Positions 6,909-18,347 of a DNA stretch of 25,688 nt are shown here, one piece after another. A program made the position numbers and the translations under genes. Numbering within the stretch: position 1 is the stretch's first letter; each line of letters opens with the position of its first letter. Below the pieces are notes generated by a model. The model made no database searches, was not told the DNA's origin, and was given only the letters and a program-made list of their open reading frames with translations. This DNA is from Gemmatimonadota bacterium. Lineage in GTDB: Bacteria; Gemmatimonadota; Gemmatimonadetes; Longimicrobiales; RSA9. The stretch spans positions 1 through 25,688 of the forward strand of contig JBBDRO010000073.1 of the NCBI GenBank assembly GCA_040905425.1, in the 5' to 3' direction.

Positions 6909-9344
6909 TTAGAAGCCCTGTCCGAACTTGAAATGGAGCTGCCAGCCGGGATCGGTGCGGTCGAAGCCGTAGGCGTAGTCCAGGCCCAGCGGTCCGAACG
7001 GCGTTACGAGCATGACACCGAAGCCCGCGCCCCGCGCCAGGCGGGTCGGGTTGAATTCCGTGGGCGAACGCCAGACGTTGCCCGCGTCGTAGAAGAGGCC
7101 AACCGAGATGTTGTCGTTCAGCCGCATGGCGTACTCGGCGCTCAGGCGCAGGAACGCGTCCCCGAAGCGATCCACGAGCTGTACATCCCTGGAGCCCTCG
7201 GGCACGAAGCCCATGGGTGTGATGGTGTACTCCTCGTAGCCGCGGAGCGGCCGGCCGAACTGCACCCCGCCCATGAGGAAGCGGTCGAACGGGAAGCGGC
7301 TGGCGTCGCCGGCGATCATCCCCGCCTCGGCGGTGAGCCCGAGCGTGAGCCGGATGGGCTGACTGCCCGGCGCGTCTCCGCCCAGCGAGCCCACCGGTAC
7401 CCACCAGGTCCCCGAGGTGAGCAGCTTCTGGAATTCACCGTCCCCGCCGAGCAGCCCGCCGTTCAGCTCCAACTCCACCGTCTGCTGGGCGCCCGTGGTA
7501 GGGAACACCGGATGATCCACGGTGGAGCGCGTGAGCCCCAGGCTCACCGTGCTCTGCACACCGGGCGGCAGCGAGAAGACGGAGGATGTCTGATCGTCGT
7601 CGAAATCCTCGTACCGGGTGCGCGACAGCGAGTAGCCGGCGCTCAGGCGGGTACGGAAGTCGAAGACCGGAATGCCGAAGCGGAGCGATGCACCGGTCTG
7701 CCGGCGCTGCCCCTCGGCAAAGCTGATGAAACGGTCACGGCGGTTGAAGACGGACACCCCGCCGCTGTACATGGATCCCGCCAGCGACGGATCGGAGTAG
7801 CTGGCTTCGAAGTTGTTGGCGTAGCGCCCGAACTCCCAGCGCAGGTGGCCGGACTTGGCCTGGCCGAAGAGGTTGGGCTGGTCGTAGCCCAGGAAACCCG
7901 CCACGCCCGAGTACCCACCCAGCGTGGTGCCGAAGCTCATGGAGCCGGTCTGCTTCTCCTTCACCCGGTAGGTGAGCTCGATGTCACCGGTCTGTTCGTT
8001 GAGCCGGATGCCCGGCTGCTCCAGCGGCGTCTCGAAGAAGCCCAGCGCGGAGATCCGCTGATAGCTCTGAATCACCAGCTCCTGGCTGTAGACGTCACCG
8101 GGAATGGTGACGAGCTGCTGCCGGATGACGTCCTCGTGCGTGTACGTATTGCCTTCGATGGCCACCCGGCTGATGTAGGCCGGCGAGCCCTCGATGATCT
8201 CCCATGCCGCGCGTACGGCCGGCCGGCCGTCCTCGTCCGTGGCCGGCAGGCGCTCCACAATCGGCATCACGTTCGAGCGGACGTAGCCCTGGTTGGCGTA
8301 GAGGTTGCCCACCTCCAGCGCCGCGGTCTCGAAGGCCACGGCGTTGAAGACGGAATCACCGACCGCCGCCGAGCCCAGCCCCAGCCCGCTCAGCAGGCCG
8401 CTCCGCCGCTCCTCGAAATAGCGGCGCAGATCGGCCGTGGGGAAGACCCGGTTGCCGCGAATGCTGAAATCGGCCAGCCGGTACTGCGGGCCCTCGTCCA
8501 CGCGGATGACCAGGCGCCCCTTCCCCGTTTGCGGGTCCACCACCAGGGAATCACCCGTGACGGCAAAATCAATGTAGCCACGTTCCGCGTAGAATTGCGG
8601 CAGGGCACCGCGCAGGTCCGCCTGCAGGCGCACCTCGTCGTAGGTGCCGGTCCGGAACCAGAAGAAGCCCTCCGAGCGCGAACCGATCACGTCCTCCAGG
8701 CGGTCATCGGAGAACGCCTGGTTGCCTTCGAATGCCACGTCCGCGATGGCCACGCGGCGGCCCTCCTCGACCTCGAAAACCAGGCGGACCTCGCCTGTGG
8801 CGTCCTCGACCGGCTCGAGCACCGCTTCCAGCCGTCGTACCTGATAGCCCTTGCGCCCGAGCATGCTCCGGATCAGGTACTCCGCCTCGTGCACTTCAGC
8901 GGGGTCCAGCGGCGCGCCGGAGCGTAACCCCACGCTGTCGCGCACCGCCGACCCGCTGATCCGCTCCAGGCCGCTGAAGCTCACCGAGCGGAGCAGCGGC
9001 CGCTCGTCCACCTCGAAGCGCAGCACCACGGGTGCGGCCGGATCGTCGGGGTCACCCTCGGAGAACACCTGGATGTCCGAGAACTGCCCCGTCCCGAAGA
9101 GGCGCTGCTGGGCTTCCAGCAACTCACGACCGGTGATGGAGTCGCCGGGTGTGATGCCGATCTGGGCCAGGATCTGCGCCTCCGTCAGGCGCTCCAGTCC
9201 CACGACCCGCACGTCCGCCACCGGCACGCGCGGGGTAACGTCCTGACCCGCCACGGGTGAGGGCACGAGGAGCCACGACACCACGAGGGCCGCCGCGGCG
9301 GCGGCCCTCGTGCCTGCTGGCCCGAAAAGGGTCTTCAGATTCAT
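6909..9344 (-). CDS. bamA: Outer membrane protein assembly factor BamA
   Basis: 811 aa with signal peptide, POTRA-type repeats, NLFG, LRGY loop-6 motif, TPFGPLGLDYAYG and C-terminal Phe. Confidence 0.95.
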   Translation of the reverse strand: MNLKTLFGPAGTRAAAAAALVVSWLLVPSPVAGQDVTPRVPVADVRVVGLERLTEAQILAQIGITPGDSITGRELLEAQQRLFGTGQFSDIQVFSEGDPDDPAAPVVLRFEVDERPLLRSVSFSGLERISGSAVRDSVGLRSGAPLDPAEVHEAEYLIRSMLGRKGYQVRRLEAVLEPVEDATGEVRLVFEVEEGRRVAIADVAFEGNQAFSDDRLEDVIGSRSEGFFWFRTGTYDEVRLQADLRGALPQFYAERGYIDFAVTGDSLVVDPQTGKGRLVIRVDEGPQYRLADFSIRGNRVFPTADLRRYFEERRSGLLSGLGLGSAAVGDSVFNAVAFETAALEVGNLYANQGYVRSNVMPIVERLPATDEDGRPAVRAAWEIIEGSPAYISRVAIEGNTYTHEDVIRQQLVTIPGDVYSQELVIQSYQRISALGFFETPLEQPGIRLNEQTGDIELTYRVKEKQTGSMSFGTTLGGYSGVAGFLGYDQPNLFGQAKSGHLRWEFGRYANNFEASYSDPSLAGSMYSGGVSVFNRRDRFISFAEGQRRQTGASLRFGIPVFDFRTRLSAGYSLSRTRYEDFDDDQTSSVFSLPPGVQSTVSLGLTRSTVDHPVFPTTGAQQTVELELNGGLLGGDGEFQKLLTSGTWWVPVGSLGGDAPGSQPIRLTLGLTAEAGMIAGDASRFPFDRFLMGGVQFGRPLRGYEEYTITPMGFVPEGSRDVQLVDRFGDAFLRLSAEYAMRLNDNISVGLFYDAGNVWRSPTEFNPTRLARGAGFGVMLVTPFGPLGLDYAYGFDRTDPGWQLHFKFGQGF

Positions 9345-11831
<2,487 letters not shown>

Positions 11832-11862
11832 GCGCCCTCTCGCGCCCCTTGGAGCGGAATGT

Positions 11863-12966
11863 CTATGACGTTTCGGTGTCCGTCTCGGCGGGGACGTCCC
11901 CCTCCTCGGCGAGCACCCGTCTCACGTAGGAAGCTCGATGCAAATCGCCCTCCGCCTGTGTCAGCGAGCCACCGGTGGCCTGCTCCAGGTGGGCGGTCTG
12001 CGCAAATATCATGATCTTGTTCAGCGTGTATACACGGAGCCCATCCAACAGGTCCAGGCTCACGCCCAGCCGGACGCCGCTGAGCAGATTCATCACCTCG
12101 TCGAAGCTCAGCGCACGGGCGTAGCGCAGCAGGCCGTAGGCTCGCCAGATCTTGTCCTCGATCACAGTGGGGGCCTCCCGGAGGAGTACCTCCCGGGCCC
12201 GGGTTTCGTGGCGGATGACCTGGCCCACGATGTCCTCGAGGTGCTCCACCAGGTCCTCCTCGCTCTTGCCGAGGGTGGTCTGGTTGGAGATCTGGAAGAA
12301 GTTGCCCACCACCTCGGACCCCTCCCCATACAGACCCCGGAAGGTGAGTCCGAGTTGCCCGATGCCCTGGAGCACCCGGCCGATCTCCTTCGTGAGGACC
12401 AGCCCCGGCAGGTGCACCAGAATGGAGCCCCTGAGGCCCGTCCCCACGTTGGTGGGGCAACTGGTCAGGTAGCCGAACTCCGGATGGTAGGCAAACGGCA
12501 ACTGGCCACCCAGTTCCTCGTCCAGCTGGTCCACGCGCCGGAAGGCGTCGCGCAGCCGCAGCCCGGACAGCAACGTCTGCAGGCGGAGGTGGTCCTCTTC
12601 GTTGATCATGAGGCCCGCGGTATCCCGTGGACCCAGGACCAGTCCCGCTCCGCGCTGGGGGCCGTCCCCGTCCACGCCCGCCAGCTCGGCCGAGATGAGA
12701 TGCCGCTCCAGGAGGATGCGGCGTGAGCCGGGAGAAAGGGCCGCCAGCTCCAGGGCCATGCCCCCCTGCAGGCTCGAGCGATCCGCCGCGCGCCGGATCT
12801 TTTCGTGGATGCTCTCCCGCTCGGCCTCCTCCAGGCGCGGCCCGAAGGCGTGCCCCTGGAGGTTGCGGGCCAGGCGGACCCGGGTGGACAGCACGATGTC
12901 CGCGTGCGGGCCGCTGGCTTCCAGCCAGCCGAGGCCGAAATCGGCCATGGCGCCGAGATCCATCAT
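11863..12966 (-). CDS. mcsB: Protein-arginine kinase
   Basis: [43 protein letters not shown] and [11 protein letters not shown] (phosphagen-kinase fold of McsB), plus the helical C-terminal domain. Confidence 0.95.
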   Translation of the reverse strand: MMDLGAMADFGLGWLEASGPHADIVLSTRVRLARNLQGHAFGPRLEEAERESIHEKIRRAADRSSLQGGMALELAALSPGSRRILLERHLISAELAGVDGDGPQRGAGLVLGPRDTAGLMINEEDHLRLQTLLSGLRLRDAFRRVDQLDEELGGQLPFAYHPEFGYLTSCPTNVGTGLRGSILVHLPGLVLTKEIGRVLQGIGQLGLTFRGLYGEGSEVVGNFFQISNQTTLGKSEEDLVEHLEDIVGQVIRHETRAREVLLREAPTVIEDKIWRAYGLLRYARALSFDEVMNLLSGVRLGVSLDLLDGLRVYTLNKIMIFAQTAHLEQATGGSLTQAEGDLHRASYVRRVLAEEGDVPAETDTETS

Positions 12967-13460
12967 CCCACCGCCTCCAGCGTGCGGATCAGGTCGCGCA
13001 GCTCGGCGGCCCGCTCGAAATCCTCACTGCGCACGGCACGGTCCAGCTTGCGCTGCAGCCCCACGATGCGCTGCTCCTTCTCTGACTCGGTGGGGTCGGG
13101 CGGCAGGTAGACCTTGCCCACGTGCTGGGTGGCGCCGTGCAGGCGCCGCAGCAGCGCACGCAGGTGCGGCTCGAAGGACACCCAGCAGTGCGAGCAGCCC
13201 AGGCGCCCGGTGCGCTTGAATTCCTCCATGCCCAGCCCGCAGAACGAGCAGGTACCGTTGGCGGGCACGTCGGTGGAGGACTTCTTGCCCACCTGGGCCA
13301 GGAAATCGGTGAGCGGGAACTCGCCGGCCTGGGCCACGTCGGGCTCCAGCCCGCGCTCGGCGGCGCACGCCTCACACAGGTGGGAGGTGCGCATCTCGTT
13401 GTTCTCGATATGCGTCACGTGAATGATGGCCTCGCTGGCCTGACAATCGTCGCACTGCAT
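12963..13460 (-). CDS. mcsA: McsB activator (CxxC zinc fingers plus UVR domain)
   Basis: Start revised to ATG 13460 (MQCDDC; 165 aa) because the longer ORF overlaps lolD. Four CxxC motifs, GRLGCSHC, HVGK and EDFERAAELRD; ATGA overlap with mcsB. Confidence 0.93.
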   Translation of the reverse strand: MQCDDCQASEAIIHVTHIENNEMRTSHLCEACAAERGLEPDVAQAGEFPLTDFLAQVGKKSSTDVPANGTCSFCGLGMEEFKRTGRLGCSHCWVSFEPHLRALLRRLHGATQHVGKVYLPPDPTESEKEQRIVGLQRKLDRAVRSEDFERAAELRDLIRTLEAVG

Positions 13461-13464
13461 GATT

Positions 13465-14169
13465 CTACGCCGCCGAAAGTTCGTTGAGGCGTCCGTCATC
13501 CACGAGCATGATCCGGTCCGCCCGGGCCGCCAGCTCCTGGTCGTGGGTGGCAATCACCAGCGCCACGCCATGTTCGTCCCGCAGCCCGAAGAAGATCTCG
13601 TGCAGGTGGTCGCTGGTATGCACGTCCAGGTTGCCGCTGGGTTCGTCGGCCAGGACCACCGATGGCCGGTTGGCCAGCGCGCGCGCCACGGCCACCCGCT
13701 GCTGCTCACCGCCGCTCAGCTCGTGCGGCTGGTGGGAGCTGCGCGGCGTCAGGCCCACCTGCGCCAGCAGATCCGCGGCTCGCTCCCGAGCGCCGTCCAG
13801 CGGAACACCGGCAATGAGCTGCGGCATCATGACGTTCTCCAGAGCCGTGAACTCGCGTAGCAGATGGTGGAACTGGAAGACGAAGCCGATGCGCCGGTTG
13901 CGGACCACGGCCATCTCCGCGGGCGCCACCCCAGCCATCACCCGCCCATCCACCAGGACCTCCCCCGCCGTGGGCTGGTCCAGGAGGCCGAGCAGATGGA
14001 GCAGCGTGGACTTGCCGGCCCCGCTCGCGCCCACCACCGCCACCACCTCCCCCCGCGCCACAGACAGGTTTACCCCGTCCAGGATGGTGAGTTCGCTGCC
14101 GTCCTCCTCGTGGTAGACGCGGCGCAGCGCGCGGGCCTCCACCACGGGGGCGCGCCCTTCCTCACTCAT
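13465..14169 (-). CDS. lolD: Lipoprotein-releasing ABC transporter ATP-binding protein
   Basis: GASGAGKST, IGFVFQFHHLL (LolD signature), LSGGEQQRVAVARAL and ADEPSGNLD. Confidence 0.92.
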   Translation of the reverse strand: MSEEGRAPVVEARALRRVYHEEDGSELTILDGVNLSVARGEVVAVVGASGAGKSTLLHLLGLLDQPTAGEVLVDGRVMAGVAPAEMAVVRNRRIGFVFQFHHLLREFTALENVMMPQLIAGVPLDGARERAADLLAQVGLTPRSSHQPHELSGGEQQRVAVARALANRPSVVLADEPSGNLDVHTSDHLHEIFFGLRDEHGVALVIATHDQELAARADRIMLVDDGRLNELSAA

Positions 14170-15415
14170 GGCGGATGGCCTCCACCGGCACCAGGCGGGC
14201 GGCCTGCCGGGCCGGGTAGATGGTGGCCAGAAAGGAGATGAGCACGCTCCCCACCAGGATGAGGCCTATGTCGAGCGGCTGGATCGACACCGGCAGCGTG
14301 TCGATGAAGTACACCTGTGCCTCCAGCTTGATCAGCTCGTAGCGATCCACGAGTGTCACCAGCAGCCAGCCGCCGATGCCGCCGAGCACCGTGCCGATGA
14401 TCCCCACCGCCAGCCCCTGCAGCATGAAGATGCGCAGCACCATGCCGTCCGTCATGCCCATGGACTTGAGGATGCCGATCTCGCGCGTCTTGTCCGCCAC
14501 CACCATGACGAGGGTGCTCACGATGTTGAAGGCGGCCACCACCACGATGAGGAAGAGAATGACGCCCATGGCGATCTTCTCCAGCCGGAGCGCCGAGAAG
14601 AGCGCGGCGTTCATGCTCATCCAGTCCTGCGTGATGTACTCCCACCCGGCGGCTTCCGCCAGGCGCGGACCCACTTCCCGGGCCTGGTCCGGGTCGTGAA
14701 GGTTGACCAGGATGCCGGACACGGTGTCCTCGGGCAGCCCGAGCAGGTCCTGCGCCGCCGCCATGGGCACGTAGATGTCCACGGCATCGTACTCGTACAT
14801 GCCGGTGTCGAAGGTGCCCGCCACCTCGAACTGGCGCATGGCCGGCATGAGGCCGCCCGACACGGTGGGCTCCGCACGGATGTTCTCCATGGAGAGCACC
14901 AGCAGCGTGTCCCCCGGGAGCAGGCTGAGGTGGGCCGCCAGGCGGTAGCCCACCAGCGCGCCCGGCAGGCTGCTCCCCGTCCGGAAGCTGAGCTCGCCCT
15001 CCTGGATCTGCTCGTCCACCAGGGAGAGCGGCTCCCGGCCCGCGCCGGGCAGGATACCCAGCACCCGTCCGGGCTGCATGTAGAGGTTGTCCTGGCGCAT
15101 GGCCGCCACGTGGGAGACCACGTAGGGGGCCGTGGCCCGGACCTCCGGGAAGGTGTCGATGGCGCCCGCCACCCGCTCCCACCCGCCCAGGCGGAACGAC
15201 GCTCCCTGCTCGAAGACGTACACGTGCGGGTTCGTGCCCAGGATGCGGTCGCGCAGGTCCTCCTGCAGGCCGGCCATGACGGCGATCACGGTGATCAGCG
15301 CCATCACCCCCAGGAAGATGCCACCCACCGCGATGAGCGTGATGAGGGAGACGAAGCGCCCCTTCCGGCGGGAGGCCAGGTAGCGCCGCGCCATGTACCA
15401 CTCCAGGCGCTTCAT
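14162..15415 (-). CDS. Lipoprotein-releasing ABC transporter permease (LolC/LolE/LolF family)
   Basis: ARRYL N-terminus, TM1, periplasmic domain with FDTGMYEYD, VAAFNIVSTL, KTREIGILKSMG and YPARQAARLVP; directly upstream of lolD. Confidence 0.92.
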   Translation of the reverse strand: MKRLEWYMARRYLASRRKGRFVSLITLIAVGGIFLGVMALITVIAVMAGLQEDLRDRILGTNPHVYVFEQGASFRLGGWERVAGAIDTFPEVRATAPYVVSHVAAMRQDNLYMQPGRVLGILPGAGREPLSLVDEQIQEGELSFRTGSSLPGALVGYRLAAHLSLLPGDTLLVLSMENIRAEPTVSGGLMPAMRQFEVAGTFDTGMYEYDAVDIYVPMAAAQDLLGLPEDTVSGILVNLHDPDQAREVGPRLAEAAGWEYITQDWMSMNAALFSALRLEKIAMGVILFLIVVVAAFNIVSTLVMVVADKTREIGILKSMGMTDGMVLRIFMLQGLAVGIIGTVLGGIGGWLLVTLVDRYELIKLEAQVYFIDTLPVSIQPLDIGLILVGSVLISFLATIYPARQAARLVPVEAIRHE

Positions 15416-15434
15416 CGGGTCCCCGTACGGCCGT

Positions 15435-15532
15435 AAGCGACGATGCCCGTAATCTCACCGGCGCACGAGCGAACATCCCGGCTCACGCCGGTGGCTGGAG
15501 GTGCCCACGGAAGTGGACGGGGGACGTCGCTT
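15435..15532. other. Candidate structured intergenic element (three-way junction) between lysS and the Lol permease; function and strand unknown
   Basis: Nested complementarities: AAGCGACG 15435-42 with CGTCGCTT 15525-32; CCCGT 15446-50 with ACGGG 15517-21; CACCGGCG 15456-63 with CGCCGGTG 15486-93; GAGC 15467-70 with GCTC 15481-84; hairpin CCAC-GGAA-GTGG 15505-16. Confidence 0.45.
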
Positions 15533-15554
15533 GAAAGGGGCGCCGGAACGGGCC

Positions 15555-17105
15555 TCATGACTCCCCCTGCTCGGCGCGGAGCGTGGGGAACAGGATGACG
15601 TCCCGGATCGAGGGGCGGTCCGTCACGAGCATGACCAGCCGGTCGATGCCTATGCCCACGCCGCCGGTGGGCGGCATGCCGTACTCCAGGGCGCGCAGGT
15701 AGTCCTCGTCCAGGCGCTGCGCCTCCTCGTCACCCGCCTGCCGGAGCCGGGCCTGGTCCTCGAAGCGCGTGCGCTGGTCCAGCGGGTCGTTCAGCTCGCT
15801 GAAGGCGTTGGCCAGCTCGCGGCCGGCGGCGTACAGCTCGAAGCGCTCCACCAACGTGGGATCGCCGCGCTTGGGCTTGGCCAGCGGCGAGAGCTCGCGC
15901 GGGTAGTCCACCACGAAGGTGGGCTGCACCAGGGTGGGCTCCACCAGCGCCCCGAAGAGCTCGTCCAGCAGCTTGGGCCGGGACAGTTCATGGGCGTCCT
16001 CGATGCCCAGCTCCGCGGCGCGACGGGCCAGCTCCCCGTGGTCGGCGGCGGCCGCGTCGAAGCCGCCCCGCTCGCGCAGCGCGTCCAGGAAGCCCACGCG
16101 GGCGTAGGGCGGCCGGAAGTCCAGCGTACTGCCCTGGAAGGCCACCTCGTCGGCACCCGTGGCGGCGCGCACCGCCGTGCCCATGAGCGCCTCCACGGTG
16201 TCCATCATGTCCAGGTAGTCGGCAAAGGCCTGGTAGAACTCCAGCATGGTGAACTCGGGGTTGTGCGTGCGGTCGATCCCCTCGTTGCGGAAGTCCTTGC
16301 CGATCTCGTAGACGCGCTCCAGGCCGCCCACGATGAGCCGCTTCAGGTACAGCTCGTCGGCAATGCGCAGGTAGAGGCGCATGTCCAGGGTGTTGTGGTG
16401 CGTGGTGAACGGCCGGGCCGAGGCGCCGCCGTAGAGCGGCTGCAGCACCGGCGTCTCTACCTCCACGTAATCCCGCTCGTCCAGGAAGCCACGGATGGCG
16501 GACACGATGCGCGCGCGGATGCGGAAGACCTCCCGGGCGTCCGGGTGCACGGCCAGGTCCGCGTAGCGCTGGCGGTAGCGCTGCTCCACGTCCGCGAAGC
16601 CACCGTGGATCACCACCTGGCCGGTGGCCTCGTCCACCTCCTGCTTGCCGAAGGGGAGTGGCCGGAGGGACTTGGCCAGCAGCTCGACCGTGGTGGCGCG
16701 CAGGGTGACCTCGCCCATGCGCGTGCGCATGAGCGCGCCCTCCACGCCCAGCCAGTCACCCGCGTCCAGGAGCTCGATAACGGCCCAGGTCTCCTCCCCG
16801 AGGTCCTTCTTCCGCAGGTAGAGCTGGATGCGCCCGGAAGCATCCTCCAGGTCCGCGAACACGGTCTTGCCGTGCGAGCGCATGGAGATCAGCCTGCCCG
16901 CCAGGCGCAGGGGCGCTGTTTCCCCCTGCTCGTCGAGCGTGCCTCCGGCCTCCGCCTCCTCGAAGGCGGCCCGGGCGGCCGCGGCGCGGTGGGTCACGCT
17001 GTAGCCATACGCGAAGGGCTCCACGCCGAGGCGTCGCAACGCCTCCAGCTTGTGCAGCCGATCCTCCAGCACCTGGGTCCTGCTCTGGTCCTCGCTCACT
17101 TCCAT
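15555..17105 (-). CDS. lysS: Lysine--tRNA ligase (class II)
   Basis: OB-fold anticodon domain, RYRQRY, YGGASARPF, YLRIADELYLKRL, FRNEGIDRTHNPEF and GMPPTGGVGIGIDRL. Confidence 0.98.
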   Translation of the reverse strand: MEVSEDQSRTQVLEDRLHKLEALRRLGVEPFAYGYSVTHRAAAARAAFEEAEAGGTLDEQGETAPLRLAGRLISMRSHGKTVFADLEDASGRIQLYLRKKDLGEETWAVIELLDAGDWLGVEGALMRTRMGEVTLRATTVELLAKSLRPLPFGKQEVDEATGQVVIHGGFADVEQRYRQRYADLAVHPDAREVFRIRARIVSAIRGFLDERDYVEVETPVLQPLYGGASARPFTTHHNTLDMRLYLRIADELYLKRLIVGGLERVYEIGKDFRNEGIDRTHNPEFTMLEFYQAFADYLDMMDTVEALMGTAVRAATGADEVAFQGSTLDFRPPYARVGFLDALRERGGFDAAAADHGELARRAAELGIEDAHELSRPKLLDELFGALVEPTLVQPTFVVDYPRELSPLAKPKRGDPTLVERFELYAAGRELANAFSELNDPLDQRTRFEDQARLRQAGDEEAQRLDEDYLRALEYGMPPTGGVGIGIDRLVMLVTDRPSIRDVILFPTLRAEQGES

Positions 17106-17128
17106 CCTCTGCGCAACGCCTGGCCCCC

Positions 17129-18236
17129 TCAGGCCACGCCGGCGCCGAACTCCTTCAGGTATGCCTCGATGAACGGATCCAGGTCACCGTTCATGACACG
17201 TTGTACGTCGCCGACCTTCAGCTCGGTGCGATGATCGGTCACCTGCGTATACGGCTGAAAGACGTAGGAGCGGATCTGATGCCCCCAGGCAATCTCCGTC
17301 TTCTGGGATTCCACCTGCGCGCGCTCGGCTTCCCGCTGGTCCAGCTCTCGCTGGTAGAGCGCCGCGCGGAGCATCTTCATGGCCGTGGTCTTGTTCTGGA
17401 ACTGGCTGCGTTCGTTCTGGCAGGCCACCACGATCCCGGTGGGCTCGTGCGTGATGCGCACCGCCGAGCTGGTCTTGTTCACGTGCTGCCCGCCCGCGCC
17501 GCTGGCCCGGTAGACGTCGATGCGCAGGTGCTTGTCCTCGATCTCGATCTCGATGTCATCCTCCACCACGGGGTAGACGAAGACACTGGCAAAGGAGGTG
17601 TGGCGCCGGCTCTGCGCGTCGAAGGGCGAGATGCGCACCAGCCGGTGCACGCCCTTCTCCGCCTTCAGATAGCCGTACGCGTACTGCCCCCGGATCTCCA
17701 GGGTGACGTTCTTGAGCCCCGCCTCCTCGCCGTGGTCGATGTCCAGGATCTGCACGTCGTAGTCGTGCTCGGTGGCCCAGCGGCTGTACATGCGCATGAG
17801 CATCTCGGCCCAGTCCTGGGACTCCGTGCCCCCGGCGCCCGGCTGGATGGTGAGCAGGGCGTCCCGGGTGTCATCCTGGCCCTGCAGCATGGCGCGCAGT
17901 TCCAGGCGCTCCAGCTCAGCGTCCAGGCGGCCCAGTTCGGCGGCCCACTCCGTCTCCATGTCCTCGTCGGGATCGGCCTCGATGAGCTGTGCGAGTTCGG
18001 CCTGCTCGCCAATGCGCGTGGCCAGACCCTCCCAGGGCTCCACCCACCCCTTCAGGGTGTTGGCTTCGTCGATGACCGTGCGCGCGGCGTCCGGGTCGTC
18101 CCAGAAGCCGGGCGTGGCCATGCGCGCTTCCAGCTCATCCACCCGACCCCGCTTGGCGGCCACGTCAAAGATAGCCTCCGAGCGCGTCGAGGCGCCCTTT
18201 CACGTCCTTCAGTCGGTCCCGCTGCTCGCTGTCCAT
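17129..18236 (-). CDS. prfB: Peptide chain release factor 2, translated via programmed +1 frameshift (about 368 aa)
   Basis: ORF1 from ATG 18236 (SD GGAGAGGG) reads MDSEQRDRLKDVKGRLDALGGYL, then TGA at 18167-18165. The +1 frame continues DVAAKRG... and contains GAGGTES, the SPF tripeptide, GGQ and QIRSYV. Confidence 0.97.
18164..18179 (-). promoter_or_regulatory. RF2 autoregulatory +1 frameshift cassette
   Basis: The minus strand reads GGAGGC-TAT-CTT-TGA-C: an internal SD followed by the canonical CTT TGA C shift site. Confidence 0.96.
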
Positions 18237-18257
18237 CGTTCCCTCTCCGGATGCGCG

Positions 18258-18289
18258 CCGGGGCCGCCCATGGAAGTGGACGGCCCCGG
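18258..18289. repeat. GC-rich hairpin in the prfB leader carrying an 18-nt motif also present downstream of lysS
   Basis: CCGGGGCCG 18258-66 and CGGCCCCGG 18281-89 form a perfect inverted repeat. GCCCATGGAAGTGGACGG 18266-83 matches GCCCACGGAAGTGGACGG 15503-20 at 17/18 positions. Confidence 0.75.
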
Positions 18290-18302
18290 GTTCGATTGCC
18301 GT

Positions 18303-18332
18303 AAGCTAACCGCCCCGACCGGAGGCGGGCAA
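18303..18332 (-). promoter_or_regulatory. Putative sigma70-type promoter for prfB-lysS
   Basis: TTGCCC (18332-27), 18-nt spacer, TAGCTT (18308-03), within a 111-nt intergenic gap. Confidence 0.55.
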
Positions 18333-18347
18333 CCGGCGTGGAGCGCC

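Noticed and set aside
13462..13467. TAGAAT -10-like box before mcsA
   Set aside because: It is formed by the lolD stop codon, lies only 1 nt from the ATG, and has no TTG -35 element at 17-18 nt.
15435..15532. Assignment of the structured element as SRP RNA, tRNA, 6S RNA or a terminator
   Set aside because: It has no SRP domain IV internal-loop consensus, no cloverleaf or T-loop and no U-tract, and it is shorter than typical 6S RNA. I left it unassigned.
17129..18236. prfB as a frameshifted pseudogene or sequencing error
   Set aside because: The break is the canonical SD plus CTT TGA C programmed frameshift.
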